From Cycas panzhihuaensis (Eukaryota; Plantae; Cycadophyta): a DNA stretch of 64,000 nt. Made by a program: the position numbers and the translations under genes. Position 1 is the stretch's first letter. Every line of letters starts with the position of its first letter. This document shows positions 25,733 to 39,200 of the stretch, piece after piece. The stretch spans positions 184,395,741 through 184,459,740 of the forward strand of contig CM041465.1 in assembly GCA_023213395.1 (NCBI GenBank), read 5' to 3'. The notes under the pieces were generated by a model. It saw nothing but the letters and a program-made list of their open reading frames with translations, did not search any database and was not told the DNA's origin.

Positions 25733-28700
25733 TGTAAGAGACTGAGCATCCACTACTATTTTGCATATAATTTTAGGTATTATCCAATATAGATACAATG
25801 AAGAAGGTATTTTATGCATAGAGTAATCATTGATGAGATCTCTTAATGAAAGGATTCAATTGCATTTAATAACATATAATGATTAATTATAAGAATGGGA
25901 GAAATTTATACAAGTGGTATGCAATTATTCAAATGAGTTTCCATCTTGTTATATCTCTTGCCAAGTACCTTTTGACATCTTCTACTAAATATTCAAATGC
26001 TAACTAACTATTAAGCTTAAGTAATAGCTAACTACTATGGTTATTAATCAAGTTGTAAGAAGTGCAATAAGTCCCCTCTCCACTCCCTTGAAATGCTTTC
26101 CCTTTAAAACATGGGAAGGCTAAGGAACCTTCTCAAAATCTCTTCAGATTCTGAATTAGTATCAGTAGGTGGAAAGGACTCTATTTGATTAAATATTCTT
26201 TGGTTGTTTGATGTCGTAATTGTTTAGTGCGAGTGTCAATGATTGCTTTCAAGGTGATAACAACTTGGCCCGCGTCATCAAGGACATGTAACTTTGATTG
26301 GGGAACATTTTGGGATCCAATTTTTGGTTTGAGGTTGGAGACATGAAAGACATTATGAATCTGAGCTCTAGGCATGTCCAAGTATATGCAATAACATTGA
26401 TTCACTATAGTATTTGAAATGATCCATAAACCAAGGGGTAAGCTTTTGTTTTTTAGAGGCTTTAAGTGAAGATTGTTTATAGGGTTGTAGTCTAAAGAAG
26501 ACCTAATCACCTAAATTGAATTGGCATTCAGAATAATGGTTATCGGCTTGCTGCTTCATATGATTATGGGCCAATTGAAGGTTGTCCTTGAGACCTCAAA
26601 TTTGGTTATTCTTTTGTTACTAAATTTTTTTAATAGTTGGTGTTTTATTCATTTTTAAAAAAATGAACCAATATTTGGTGGTAGATAGCCGTAAAGTGTT
26701 AGAGAGGGATACATTGTTATAACCGAATGGTGTGAAGTGTTGTACGAATACTTAGTCAGATATAACCACTGCACCCATTGGGATTGCTCATCTCTAGTGA
26801 AACAATACAAATAACCTTCAATGAATTTATTAATAGTTTCAGTTTGGCCATCGGTTTGTGGGAGGTAGGCAACACTCATTTACAACTGTGTACCAACTAG
26901 TTGAAATAGCCCAGTCCAAAATTTACTAGTGAACTTTAGGCCCCAGTCATTAATAATTGTTTGGGAAAACTTGTGAAGATGATGAATGGTATTCATAAAT
27001 AAATTAGCAACTTGAGAGGTAGATGTTGTATTATGGAGAGGTATAAAATATGCATATTTTGTTAAGTGATTTATAACAACTAGAACAACATCATTACCTA
27101 TAGATTTAGGTAGATCCGTAATAAAATCCATACTTATGTTGGTCCACTTATGATTCAAAATAGGTAAGGGTTGAAGTAGACTTATTAGTTTAATTGTTTC
27201 TATTTTTTATTACCGACAAGTGTCAGAAGAGGTAATAAAGTGTTGAACATCAATTTTCTTCCTTGGTTGATAAAAGGGCCTTCTGATGCAGTTGTAAGTT
27301 TTATCAAACCCATAATGGCCAAAGGATGGTGTGGCATGCCACTCCTCAAGGATAGTCTTTTTTAATGCTAAAGCTTGAAGTAGGTAAATCCTATCTTTGT
27401 ATAACAATGTGTTTTTATGGAGTGACCAATTTGGTGGTGCTTTGCCCTCGAGGCACTGTTATAGCCTGGTTTTTGTTATTGGGTTGCTATTGTAATTGAC
27501 ATGGAGTTGATCGATCCATATAGGAAGTGTTGTAGAAATAACATGACAAGAGTCCTATTTGTATTTCTGAGATAAGTTATCAACCACTATGTTATCCTTC
27601 ACTTTTTTATATACAATATCAAAATCAAAATCTTGAATATTTGTGAGCCATTTTTATTGTAACTTAGATAAGATCAACTATTGAAGAAGATACTTAAGGC
27701 TATGGTGGTTCGTATGCACTATGAATTTGCTTTCAAAGAGGTACTTACGCCATTTAGCTAAGGTGTGAATGATGGCCAACATTTCTTTGTTATAAGTCAA
27801 GTACGTTTGTTCACGAAGATTGAGTTTCCTACTCTTAAATGCTATGGGCTTCTTTTCTTGCATGAGGAAAACACCAATACTAGTTCTAGATGCATCACAT
27901 TATAATTCAAATAGTTTGGCAAAATTAGGCATTGTCAGAACATGGTAGAAGTAATTACAACCTTTAAGTTGGTGAAAGCTTTCTCTATTAAATCTAACCA
28001 TTAAAAGACATTCTTCTTGCAAAAATCGGTAAGTGGGGATGTAATGGAAGAGTAGTACCAGATATAATGCTTGTATAATTTTATAAGTCCCAAGAATCCT
28101 TGGAGAGCTGTGATTGTTTTGGGTATTGGCCAGTTTAGAATGGTTTGAATTTTATTGGGGTCCATTTGAACACCATGAATGGAAATAATATGGCATAAAT
28201 ATTTGATGGATTCTTGGCCAAAATGGCACTTAGTTTTCTTGGCGAATAAGTGATTTTTGCTTAGAATGCCCAACACCTTATCTAGATGATTAAGGCATTA
28301 TTACCAATTTTTGCTATAAATTAGAATGTCGTCGAAGAAAACTATGACAAACTTGCACAAGAAGGGAGCAAGTACTTTGTTCATTGTGGCTTGAAATGTT
28401 GCTGGAGCATTTGTGAGACCAAAAGGCATGACCTTGAATTCATACAATCCTTTGTGTGTTATGAAGGTTATCTTAGCACAATCAATTGTTCTGATGGGGA
28501 TCTGGTAACACCCAGATTGTAGATCAAATTTTGATAAGAATGCTGCACCATAAAACTTATCAATAACATCATCCATTCTTAGAATGGGATATTTATTTTT
28601 TTACCATAATTGCATTCAATGCTTGGTAGTTAACACAAAGGTGAAAAGACCTAGCTTTTTTATGCATTAGGACAATTTGAGTTGTATAGGGACTTTTATT

Positions 28701-31700
28701 GTGAATAATGGCTGCGGGTTCCAATAGGTCATTGGTAAGTCGTTTGATTTGTGTCTTCTGCTTGTGACTATATCTGTAGGGGTGGACAGAGATCAAACCT
28801 TTGCCTGGAATGATTTCAATAACATGTTCCATACCACAATTTGGTGGAAGTCCAACTGGTAGGGATTGAAAGAATGACTCATGTTAGTGCAAGAGATCTT
28901 GAAGTGCATGGGTTTGGTTAGGCTTAAGAGATTCTTCTGGTGTGCTTGCCTCAATAGAAAAGAGATGAGCAATAAATCCTATGCATCTCTTATTAACTTA
29001 TCCATCTTTGTTGCTAAGATGAGTTTGGGGTCGGGCGTTGTGATTTCGAAAAATTGATGTAGCTTCCCTTCCTAACGAAAACAGATAAAATTTGAATTAT
29101 GATTTAGTGTATAGGTCTCTAGCTTTCTATGCCACTTGAATCCCAGAATAAGATCTAATGTTTTGATGGGAAAAGCATAATAGTAGGTGTGGAAGGAGAA
29201 GGGATTGATTTACATCTCCAAATTAGGAAGTTCTCTATCATAATTAATTTATCTTTCACTAGGTACTGTGATTCAGAATATTTTGGTCCTATCAATAGGG
29301 ATACCCAAGCGAATGGCCAAGTTAGTATTAACAAAGTTGTATGTGCTACTTGGATTGATAAGAACCACTACTTTTTGTTTTCATAGGAACCCTTGTAACT
29401 TGATTATGTTGGGTTGCTATATTTCTGAAATAGCTGCTAAGGAAATAAATGGTTAGCCACACTCAATTGACAATTGCTCTTTGAGGGGATTTTCTTCATC
29501 TAGAATGTTTGGTTCTTCTTCATCCATACCAACTTCAATTGCATAGAACTAGTTTCTTTTGGAGGAAATTTTTAGGTGTTCAGTAACCTACTTGTCACTG
29601 CGTTCCCTAAAATTTTCATTTGATATTGGTTTATCGGTATCCCCTAGTCGAATAGTTGCTATTGGGCGATCATTGAAGTCAAGATGATGCCTAGGAGGTA
29701 TGTAAGGAGAAATTTGTGTTTGATGTTTAATTTTAACTTGTTTAGTTAAGAGTATAGCTTTCTCTATGGACTTGGGCTAGAACATTTTGACTTTAGTGTT
29801 GATATTAGGCTAGATTTTGCATGGGATAAACTTGAGAAGCTTCTTCATCGGTTAAGGTAGTCATGAGTTATAATTACTTAAAATGCTTTGTAAACTCCTT
29901 GAACAAAGAATCCTTTTGAAAGTAGTGAGATAGTTGGACCGTGTAGGGGGTGGAATTTGGGCCTTCAATATGAGTTCAAATTGCATCAATAAAATCATCC
30001 CGGAGAATGCATCATTGGTTGGTATACCATTTTTGAGCCCAAATATATAGCTGCCCTTCCATGTGGTTGATAACAAAACAAACCTTTTTACTTGGGGCTG
30101 TGGCATGGAGGTCTTTGAATACAACGTTCAATTTAGCTATCCATTTATTGAAGTTGACTGTGCCTTTAATGCTAAAATTTAGAATGATAAGTTATTTCTT
30201 GTACTGGATCGATGATTGACTGCTTGTGTTATTGGCCTCATGCTGAGAGTCATGTGATTCACCCTTGGCTTCAGTCTACCTGGTGATGAGTTTATTAATA
30301 GTACCGTTCGTCTATTTTATCCACTATTCTATGATGTCAAAGCAATTAGACATGTCCCTATTGGTGCCCTCTCTCTTGGCTATTCATTATCATTTTGGAT
30401 ACTGAATAATAATAGCTTTAACTGACCATGATCAAAGCTCCAGAATTGAAGGTTATTTTGTATTTGTCCCTTGTAGTCTTATATAAGAGGACTTTATAAC
30501 TCTTAACTGAAGATCTTATGCAAGTTATTAGATGTGATCAAAGATTGGTGTATATGACATCTAATCAAAAGGAAGACAGAAGAGACATATATGGGTGTGG
30601 GAGCATAGATTGGTAAGAGTATAGATAGAACAGATGGTGTAAAACTACTATTGGCAAAAATTAAATAAAAATAGACAACTTATTGGATATGTTGGACACT
30701 TTGCAAGTGTTATACTTGAGCCCTTTCGTGGGGTCTGGGAGCCCATTGTAGGACCCCTAGTTGGAGGGTTTTGGGGTCAACAATCCCCTAGGCAGAGGTT
30801 TGAGGATGGGAGCCCCTGAGAAAAAAAATGGGTGTCTTATGGGGATTTTTTTTGGCCCATGATTTATGCCCATTGTATTGTAAAAGTGCAAGGCAATATG
30901 TTGTAAAGTTGTGTATATATACTCTTATGTAAGGACATATGTAAAAATGGTTAGATGAGTCTTTGATGAGTCGATGAGAAGAGTAAGAGTTTTTATCTCT
31001 ATAATTCTTTAATTGTTGTTCAGATTAATAAAAGGTCCATGCTTAGACTTAAATATCCTAGTGTTTTTTGTTGTGTGTTTGGTTTATTTATGTTATTTAT
31101 TCTTTACATGATTTAGAGTTTTGTTAATACATTGCTTCCATGATTATATTGTTCTCTTTATGTGGGATCAGAGCTAAGAGTTTTAGTTCTGTGAGAAGCC
31201 ATTTGGTGAGTGGGAGCCTTGTTCGGTAAACTTGAGTACAAAGATCATGGAAAGCATTATGAAGATGGAGATTGAAAAGTTCAATAGTTAGAACTTTGGG
31301 TTGTAGAAGCTAAAGGTGGAAGATATCCTCATTGAGAAGGATCAGTAGATCGTTGTAGCAGATACAAAGCCTGTGAATATGGATGATGAAGACTGGATGA
31401 AGCTTAACTGAAAAGCAACTAGTTCTATAAGGCTATGCCTTTCAGAAATGGTATTGTTGAATGTTGCCACAGAGTATACGGCCAAAAATCTGTGGAAAAA
31501 GTTAGGAGCTCTGTATCAGACTAATTCTTTGGTTAATAAGTTATTTCTTTGGAAAAAATTGTATTAACTCAGGATGAGTGATAGAGATGTAGTTGTAGAT
31601 CATCTTACTGCATTTAATATCAGAGTGAGCCAATTTATTTCAGCTGAGGTAATAATGTCTGAAAAAGATAAGTATATTACCCTGTTATCTTCACTTCTTG

Positions 31701-34700
31701 ATTCCTAGGATAATCTTGTGATGACGATTAACAACACGAATGCTACCACCCTGAAATATAACAATGTTGTTATCGCCCTGTTATTAGAAGAGACTATGAA
31801 AATCTTCTAAGAATCATTTGGAAGAAGCATTAGCGGTGAGAGGTTGAATGTTGGATCATGACTAATAATGGCATAAGAACAAATGCCTAAAATCTAGAGG
31901 AAAATCTAAATCTCCAAGCAAAAACCCCTTGGTATGTTGGAGATGTGGGAAGGCTAGCCATATGAAGAGCTAATATCGAGTTAAGGTTGATAAGGGAAAG
32001 TCACCTGAAGCTAACTCTCTCATGATAGCAAAATCTTTCGATGATGCTGATGGTGATGTTTATTTGGAAACCTCAGGTAAGTTATTAAATGCTGAGTCTT
32101 AGTTAATTGATTTTGGTGCTTCGCTTCATGTTACTCTCTATAAGGAGTGGTTTTATAAATATAAAAGTATTGATGGAGGTAAAGTGTTTCTTGGTAATCA
32201 TTACCCATATAAAATTATGGGTCGTAGAAAGGTGAAGGTTCAGTTTAGGGATGGAAGGGTTAAAATTATCCTTGAAGTGAGTTATATTTTTGGTTTGGCT
32301 TTGAGTTTGTTGTTTGTTAGTCAATTAGGTGATGTTGGAATAGAAGTGATTTTCAATAAAGACAATTGTAGAATGGTTCGAGGAGCATTGGTGTTAGCAA
32401 TAGGGGTCTGATTTGGAACACTATGCAAGCTTGATGTGAGCACAATGTGTGTTGGCATTTGTAGTTTAGTTATTACAGAAAGTAGCAATAATGTAGGCAT
32501 GACTCAAGTATCATTTGCTAGTAAAAACAATGTTGTGGCATCAAAGATTGGGCCACATTAAAGAGAAAGGCCTCTATGATTAATTCTTTAAAGGTATGGC
32601 GAAAAATATCTCTGGAATTAATGGCTTCTTTGATTTTGATTTCTGTGAGTATTGTGTATATAGAAAATAGAATCGGGTCAATTTTCCTTCAAGCTCGAAG
32701 AGAGCAAATGGTATTCTACAATTAATGCACAATGATGTTTTTGGACCTATTGATGTACCTTCATTGGGTACATCCAAATACTTTATTTCATTCATAGATG
32801 ATTTTTCGAGAAAAACATGGTTGTACTTTCTCAGGCAAAAATATGAGGTTTTTAATAAATTCAAAGAATTTAAGGCCTTGGTCAAAAATGAGAGTGTCAA
32901 GCAGATCAAGGTATTGAGGATTGATAATGGAAGTGAGTTTTTTTTAAGGGAGTTTGAGCAGTTTTATAAGCAGTGTGGGATAGCAAGGTAGAAGATAACT
33001 CCCTATATGCCATAGTAGAACATAGTTGCTGAAAGGATGAATAAAACCTTGCTAGAGAGATCGAGGAGTATGCTTAGTGCTACTAATTTAGAGAAGAAAT
33101 TCTAGGTTAAGACTGTGATGACTACAAGCTACTTGATAAACAGATTAACGATGGCTACCTTAGTGTATAAAACACCTAAAGAAGTATGGTCTGGTAAGAA
33201 ACCATCTCTTATTCATCTTAGATTTTTTGGTTGTAAAGCTTTTATGCATGTTCCTAGACTGCAAAAGGCTAAGCTTGATTTCAAAGTATAAAAGACTATT
33301 TTCATTGACTATGGTGATGGTGTTAAAGGGTACAAGCTTTATAACCTTGAAACACAAAAAATTATGTATAGCTATGATGTTGTCTTTAGAGAGGAGTTCA
33401 AGTCTCTAAAGTAAGATAAAGAACTAAATTATGAAGACTCTAAGAAGGTATAATTTAAGGTAAGGGATGAAGATGTTGCATCAAAATATGAGTCAGTTGA
33501 AGATGAAGGACTAAATGTAGAGGTAGCTCAACTTCAAGAACCACACACCTTGAGGAGATCAACTTGTGAAAGAAGACAACATGACAGGTGTATTCTTGAA
33601 GACTTTTATCATTTCTCTTTTGTTTTATTTGCTACAGATAATGATCCGGGTATTATTCAAGAGGTTCTGGAGTTAAAAGAGAGCCAACTTTGGATCAAGG
33701 CCATGGAAAAAGAAATGATAGCCTTGGATAAAAATAACACATGGGATTTGGTGGATCTAATTAATGGTAAAAAACCTGTTGATAACAAATAGATCTTCAA
33801 GATGAAGTTTTAGTTAAATGGTACTGTGGAAAAGTACAACGCCTGCTTAGTAGCAAAGAGCTATTCCTAGGTAAAGGGAATAGATTTTGGTGAGATATTT
33901 TTTCCTATCGTAAAAGTATCTTCGATTAGATTTTTGTTGGTTGTAGTAGTTTCCTATGACCTTGAGGTGGATCAAATGGATGTGAAGATTACATTTATTC
34001 ATAGTAACCTCAAGAAAGAAATTTATATATTGTAGCTTGAAGGATTTGAAGTTGCAGAAAAGAGAATATGGTGTGCAGGTTGAAGAAGTCATTATATGGC
34101 TTGAAACAGTCACCGAGTATGTGGTATTAGAAGTTTGATTCTCATATGTTGGCAGATAACTTTGTGCGTAACAAAGTAGATCACTGTGTCTATTTTAAAC
34201 AGGTTGGTGTTCACTTTGTTATTCTGGCTTTATATGTTGATGATATACTTTTAGTTAGTAATAATAAGGAAATGAACAAACTTGTAAAAGGCCAATTGGC
34301 ATATCATTTTGAGATGGAGGACCTTGATGCTGCACATTTTATTTTGGTATTGAGATTAAAAGGGATAGAAGAAACATGAATATTTGGTTTAGTCAAAGGC
34401 AACACATTGAGACAATACTACATCGATTTATGTTACAGGATAGTAAACCAATTAACGTTCATTTTCTTGTTGGTTTAAAATTATCAACTGAACAATACCC
34501 GAAGACTCATAAAGAAGTAGAAGACATGGCATTTATTCCTTCTGCTAGTGTAGTTGGTAGTTTGATGTATATAATGGTTTGCACTCGACTAGACATTGCC
34601 CATGTAGTGGGAATAGTTAGCTGGTATATGTCAAACCTAGGCAGGCAACATTGGGTGGCTATGAAAAGGATTTTCAAGTATTTGTAGGGTACATCAGACT

Positions 34701-36275
34701 ATAGAATTTGCTACCAAGGAAATCTCATAGAGAGTAGAACAATGAACTTGAGAGGATTTGTTGATGCTAATTGGGCTAGAGATTTTGATAACAGAAGATC
34801 TACAAGTGGGTATGTTTTTACTCTTTGTGGTGGTGCAGTCAGGTAAATAAAGAAAAGACAAGAAGTTGTGGCACTTTCTAGCATAGAAGCTGAGTATATA
34901 ATAGTTACTCATTCATGTAAGGAAGTGATTTGGTTACAAAGATTATGCAAAAATGTTAGTTTCAAGTAAGATGTTGTGATGATAGATTGTGATAGTCAAA
35001 GTGTAATCTACCTGGTAAAGAACCCCACTTTTCATACTTGGTCGAAGCATATTGATATGCAATTCCATTTTGTGAGAGAAACGGTTCAAGACCATAAGGT
35101 GGACTTGCAAAATATTGTTATATAGGAAAATGCTACAGACTCATTGACTAAGATTTTTAACATAGAAATATTTAAATGGTGTTGAAAGGTAATGGGTATT
35201 TGCGATTTTGGAATTAAGTAATTGTGTATGCAGGTTTCTTGTAAAGTATTCAACAAGTGAGAGATTATTAGATATGTTAAACACTTTGCAAGTGTTACAT
35301 GGGTATATGCATTACATCTAAGCCACTTTGGATGTCTTATGGGGGTCTTTTTTGACCCATGGTTTATGTCTATCATATTGTAAAACCACAAGGCAATATC
35401 TTGTAAAGTTGTGTCTATATATTCTTATGTAACGACACATGTAAAAATGGTTGGATAAGTCTTTGATGAGTCGATAAGAAGAGTAATGGTTTTTATCTCT
35501 GTAATTTTTTAGTTGTTGCTCAGATTAATAACACGTCTATGCTTAGACCTGAATCTCATGGTATTCTTTGTTATGTGCTTAGTTTGTTTATGCTATTTAT
35601 TCTTTGCATGGTTTAGAGTTATATTAATACATTGTTTATACGGTTATATATTTCTCTTCACAACTGAAACGAATTATTATTATAATGTATATGAAGGAAA
35701 TGGAAGACCAATGACAAGGCTATGGAGGATACGATCATCAAGAATGATAAATGGAGATAAAAGCCTACATGATACTATGGATAAGAGGGTGGAGAATACA
35801 AAGAATGACATAACAAAATAGAGAATCACTGCATAGAAAAATAAGAATATTACAACAATGTTATTGTTTAGAGGGAGAGTGTGCTTCTTTGAGTTGGCAA
35901 CGGAGTGAGATTTCAGGTCCCAATTTGATACCACTTGTAGTAGACTGAGCACCTACTACTGTTTTTGCATACAACTTTAGGTATTATCTAATATAGACAT
36001 AATAAAGAAGGTATTTTACACATAGAGTAATCACTGATAAAATCTCTTAATGAGAAAATTCAATTGAATTTAATAATACATAATGATCAAAATTACAAGA
36101 ATGAGAAACAATTATACAAGTGGTATTCAACCATTCAAATGAGTTTCTACTTTTTCATATCTCCTACCAAGTACCTTTTGACATCTCCCACCAAATATTT
36201 AAATGTTAACTAGCTATTAAGCTTAATTAATGGATAACTACCATGGTTATTAATTAGGTTGCAAGAAGTGCAACA
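25733..36275 (-). mobile_element. Ty3/Gypsy chromovirus (Reina-like) with C-terminal chromodomain, interrupted by a Copia
   Basis: LTRs 25733-26069 and 35936-36275. TSD tggga/tgggc, PBS at 35925-35935, PPT 26071-26088. Motifs: RT YEFKVMPFGLTNAPATFQ, FFDDILIYS; RH YNKEMLAI; IN ISMDFITDLP, YLPQTDGQTE; IHNVFHVSNLK followed by chromodomain-like LKAIIDTRTKQLRHQTTKEYLIK. Confidence 0.92.
30681..35660 (+). mobile_element. Full-length but decayed Ty1/Copia element (Tnt1/Tork-like)
   Basis: LTRs 30681-31160 and 35266-35660. Perfect TSD caact (30676-30680 / 35661-35665). PBS tgggatcagagc at 31163. gag MKMEIEKFN, zinc knuckle CWRCGKASH, IN FIDDFSRKTW, RT LYVDDIL, RH FVDANWARD and SKHIDMQFHF. Confidence 0.95.
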
Positions 36276-37892
36276 TGGGCCTATAATATGATTGGGAAGG
36301 ATGTGTAAGATGAGGTTGCATAGGGGTGATTCACGTATGATGAATATCAATGTGTGTGTTACCTTAGCTTGGGTAACTCACCCTAATTGACAGGCCAAGA
36401 TCAACCAAGGGTGGAGGGGTAGGAGTATGCAAGCAAGAGGCCACATGCCTAGGACGTTGAGAGGAAAACGTAGGTCCCTATTGAGGAATTAATTGAGTGG
36501 TGTCTAGTGGGGGTATATGGTGTTGAACCAATGTTGACTTAATATGATACAATTGCAAAAAGTCTTTAGGATTAAGACCTAAGAAAGAGGTGTAAATAGG
36601 AGGTATGTATACCCTCAACTCCTATGTAGTGATGTGTGAGTAGCCATGGGTCAAAGCAACTGAATAAGGTGGTTGCTCATAGAGATGTGTAACGGGTGAA
36701 GGAGGAAAAAACATAAACACTCAGTTTATTAGGGAAATGGGGCTCGATTAGTCCATGAAAGTACCCTAGGAAATGGGTCTATCACCTAAGGATATAGGCT
36801 TGACTAAATCATTGTGCTCCCCACTAGGGAGCCCATAAGGGACAAGATTTGTTGAGATCCCAAACTGGTCCCACACTACATCCTCAAGTGTAAGCAGGGT
36901 AGTGGCAGACTCTACAAGGCTAGTCTCATATCCCTTATAGAATGCAAAGGTTGCTTGAGAAGATGATAAAGAATCCTTAGGGGAAAGGCCTTGAAGCCTT
37001 TTAGACAACCTAAGAGGTGGAATATGTGAGGGATCCATGAAAGAAGTGGGGTAAAGGATGAAAGGAATGTGTAAATGTCACCCAACTAGGATGAAGCGAT
37101 AAAATCGGGTGGGTTGAATAAATATATATCAATACTCAAGAAGTATAAATGGATGATTATGCAACTAGGAAGTTTAAGCTACTCCCTCATATGGCCACTA
37201 AAGTGGTTTGGCTAAGACATGCCCCCTTTGAACCTTGGATGAGCGGAAAGATTCTCCATAAGGTAATTATAGGGAAATGACTCAATAAACTCTCAACTCC
37301 CTTTCAAGCAAAAATGAGATGTCCTCTTAATTATGTACTAAGAAGAAAATTCTAACTAACCACTATCTAATCACCGACTAATAAGCAAATGAGGTACATC
37401 AAATAAGATAAAATAAAAGAGAATAAGAAAAGTAAACAATCCCTAGCTATTCTCCTTCGGGAGGCAAACAACACACAAAAGCTCTCAATGATAGGAGAGA
37501 CATTAGGGCTCTTGCCCTGATTGCCAATGTCCTCAAGGTTCTTATGCTTTATGCATCCTAACCCTCCTAAAAAAATGTTCTAAACTATCCCTTTATCCAA
37601 AATAAAGTTCAAAAAAACTATCACTCTGGCTAAAAGTTTGGGAGGACTAATGCGCAGGAGAGGCTAGAAGGAAACTAAACTATGGGATTGGTATGCTCAT
37701 AGATAATTCAGTGGATATTTATAATTCTAAGTAACAATGTACCCTCATGATTGTGGAAGGTATGGGGCTATTTGTATATGTCTCTAACTGGCCTTATCGA
37801 CTCTAGGAGATAGAAGAAATGGGAAGACACCATTCTCAGTGGGACAAATAACATTCACTCGATTCTCTAAACCACATACATAAGCATATAGT

Positions 37893-38146
37893 TGTAATAA
37901 ACTGTTACACCAAAACCTCGAGGTGTTAGTGAAGATGGCCCCCCACCAAGTAGACCATTACCTCCCCCCAGGTCAAATAGGCTAGTTTCGCTTAGCTCCG
38001 CTTTCACCGGCGTTCATGTGCCCCACAGGCCCCGACTACGATGGCGTTTTGTGCATCGGCGACGTTTGGCGCATCACCCCACCGCCCCCATAAGTGGCGT
38101 TGCCCCCACGGGATTCGAACCCAGGTCTTGGCTCTGATACCACTTG
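37893..38146 (-). mobile_element. 254-bp TRIM/SINE-like mini-retroelement: iMet PBS + Pol III B-box, PPT and a single ~65-bp LTR
   Basis: Minus strand reads caagTGGTATCAGAGCcaagacctgGGTTCGAATCC...ggggggagg (PPT 37961-37969) and then ~65 bp ending in CA at 37893. Direct repeat atagt at 37888-37892 and 38147-38151. GC- and CpG-rich. Confidence 0.7.
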
Positions 38147-39200
38147 ATAGTTATCCACCTCTAGCTTGTTTAAAACATAGCAAGAAAACATAATCCACTT
38201 GAGGTGATATACCACCCATCTCCTTTGATGATAAAATCTAAGTGGAGACCTAAGTGATCCCTCCTTTTATCAAGGGAATACTTAAAGAGCATATAACTAA
38301 TATGTTGAGTAATATACTTATTTAGATTGTGTGCAAGTAATAAACACTCTATACTATCAAAACTAAATAAAGCAAACTAGCTTAATGCATCTAAATACAA
38401 GTGTTTTGCGTAAATTCCTTTTCCTTTTCTCTTTTGTATTTTTTGTTTTTAGGTTAATATGCCAATGCGATTTATAACCTAAGCATACACAAGCAAGAAA
38501 ACTAGGTTCTTTTACTGCATTTACATTTATCCAAGTTATAGACTAATGTAAATTCCTTTTCCATTGTTTCTTTTTGGTCTCCTAATTAAGAAAAGAAAGA
38601 AAGTAAAGCCCTCCTCTCTTGTTTTGGACTCAAGATAAATGAAAGTAAGTCATTCTTTCTCTTATTTTTTTAGTGCAAATCCAAAGGCAAGAAAAACTTA
38701 GGTATCCAACTAAACAAGAAAATATAACACACAAAATGATCACCACAGTATTTTTTCCCCCTTTTTGTCTTTTTGTTTCAATTAAGACATAAAGCAACAA
38801 ACAAGAAATCACTAAGTCTAGTCTTGAAGGGAGGGAAGAGTGAGAAGGTGTGCACCCTGCGTTTGTTTTAAATGTGCAATGAAAACCCCCAAGTAACTCC
38901 ACAACTTTTGCTTACAATTTCAAAGTTAGTAGTAATGATATTTAGACCACTATTTTAATTAAAATCTTAAATTTGTGAAAATCCTTTGAAGAGGAACAAA
39001 TTCACTCTCTTAATGTCTTTTATTGATGATACGTTGTACATATATATACAAGTACAAGGTGGGTACAATTGGCAACCGCTCAACCATGTAACGCCACTTG
39101 TCATTTTGAGAAAGGAGAGAAAGGGGGTACATGACCCTTACATGAAATATTATAACCTAAGGTAAAACATTACCTTTTACACCCCCTCTTAATGTTTTAC

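Larger units (their letters stand above)
12455..37780 (-). mobile_element. Old Ty3/Gypsy element (Tat/Ogre-like) hosting four nested insertions; boundaries approximate
   Basis: Diverged LTR-like homology between 12458-12860 and 37370-37765. PPT and LTR edge at 13737 (minus: agagggga-TGTAATG). Minus-strand IN (13800-14900), RH/RT (15150-15760 continuing at 19353-20160), gag remnants (21000-22400) and a gag N-terminus MDPSHIPPLRLSKRLQGLSP (37038). That all these pieces form one element is inference. Confidence 0.6.

Noticed and set aside
38100-38146. tRNA gene
   Set aside because: Only a B-box/T-arm next to a PBS; no D-arm, anticodon arm or acceptor stem. Treated as part of a mini-retroelement.
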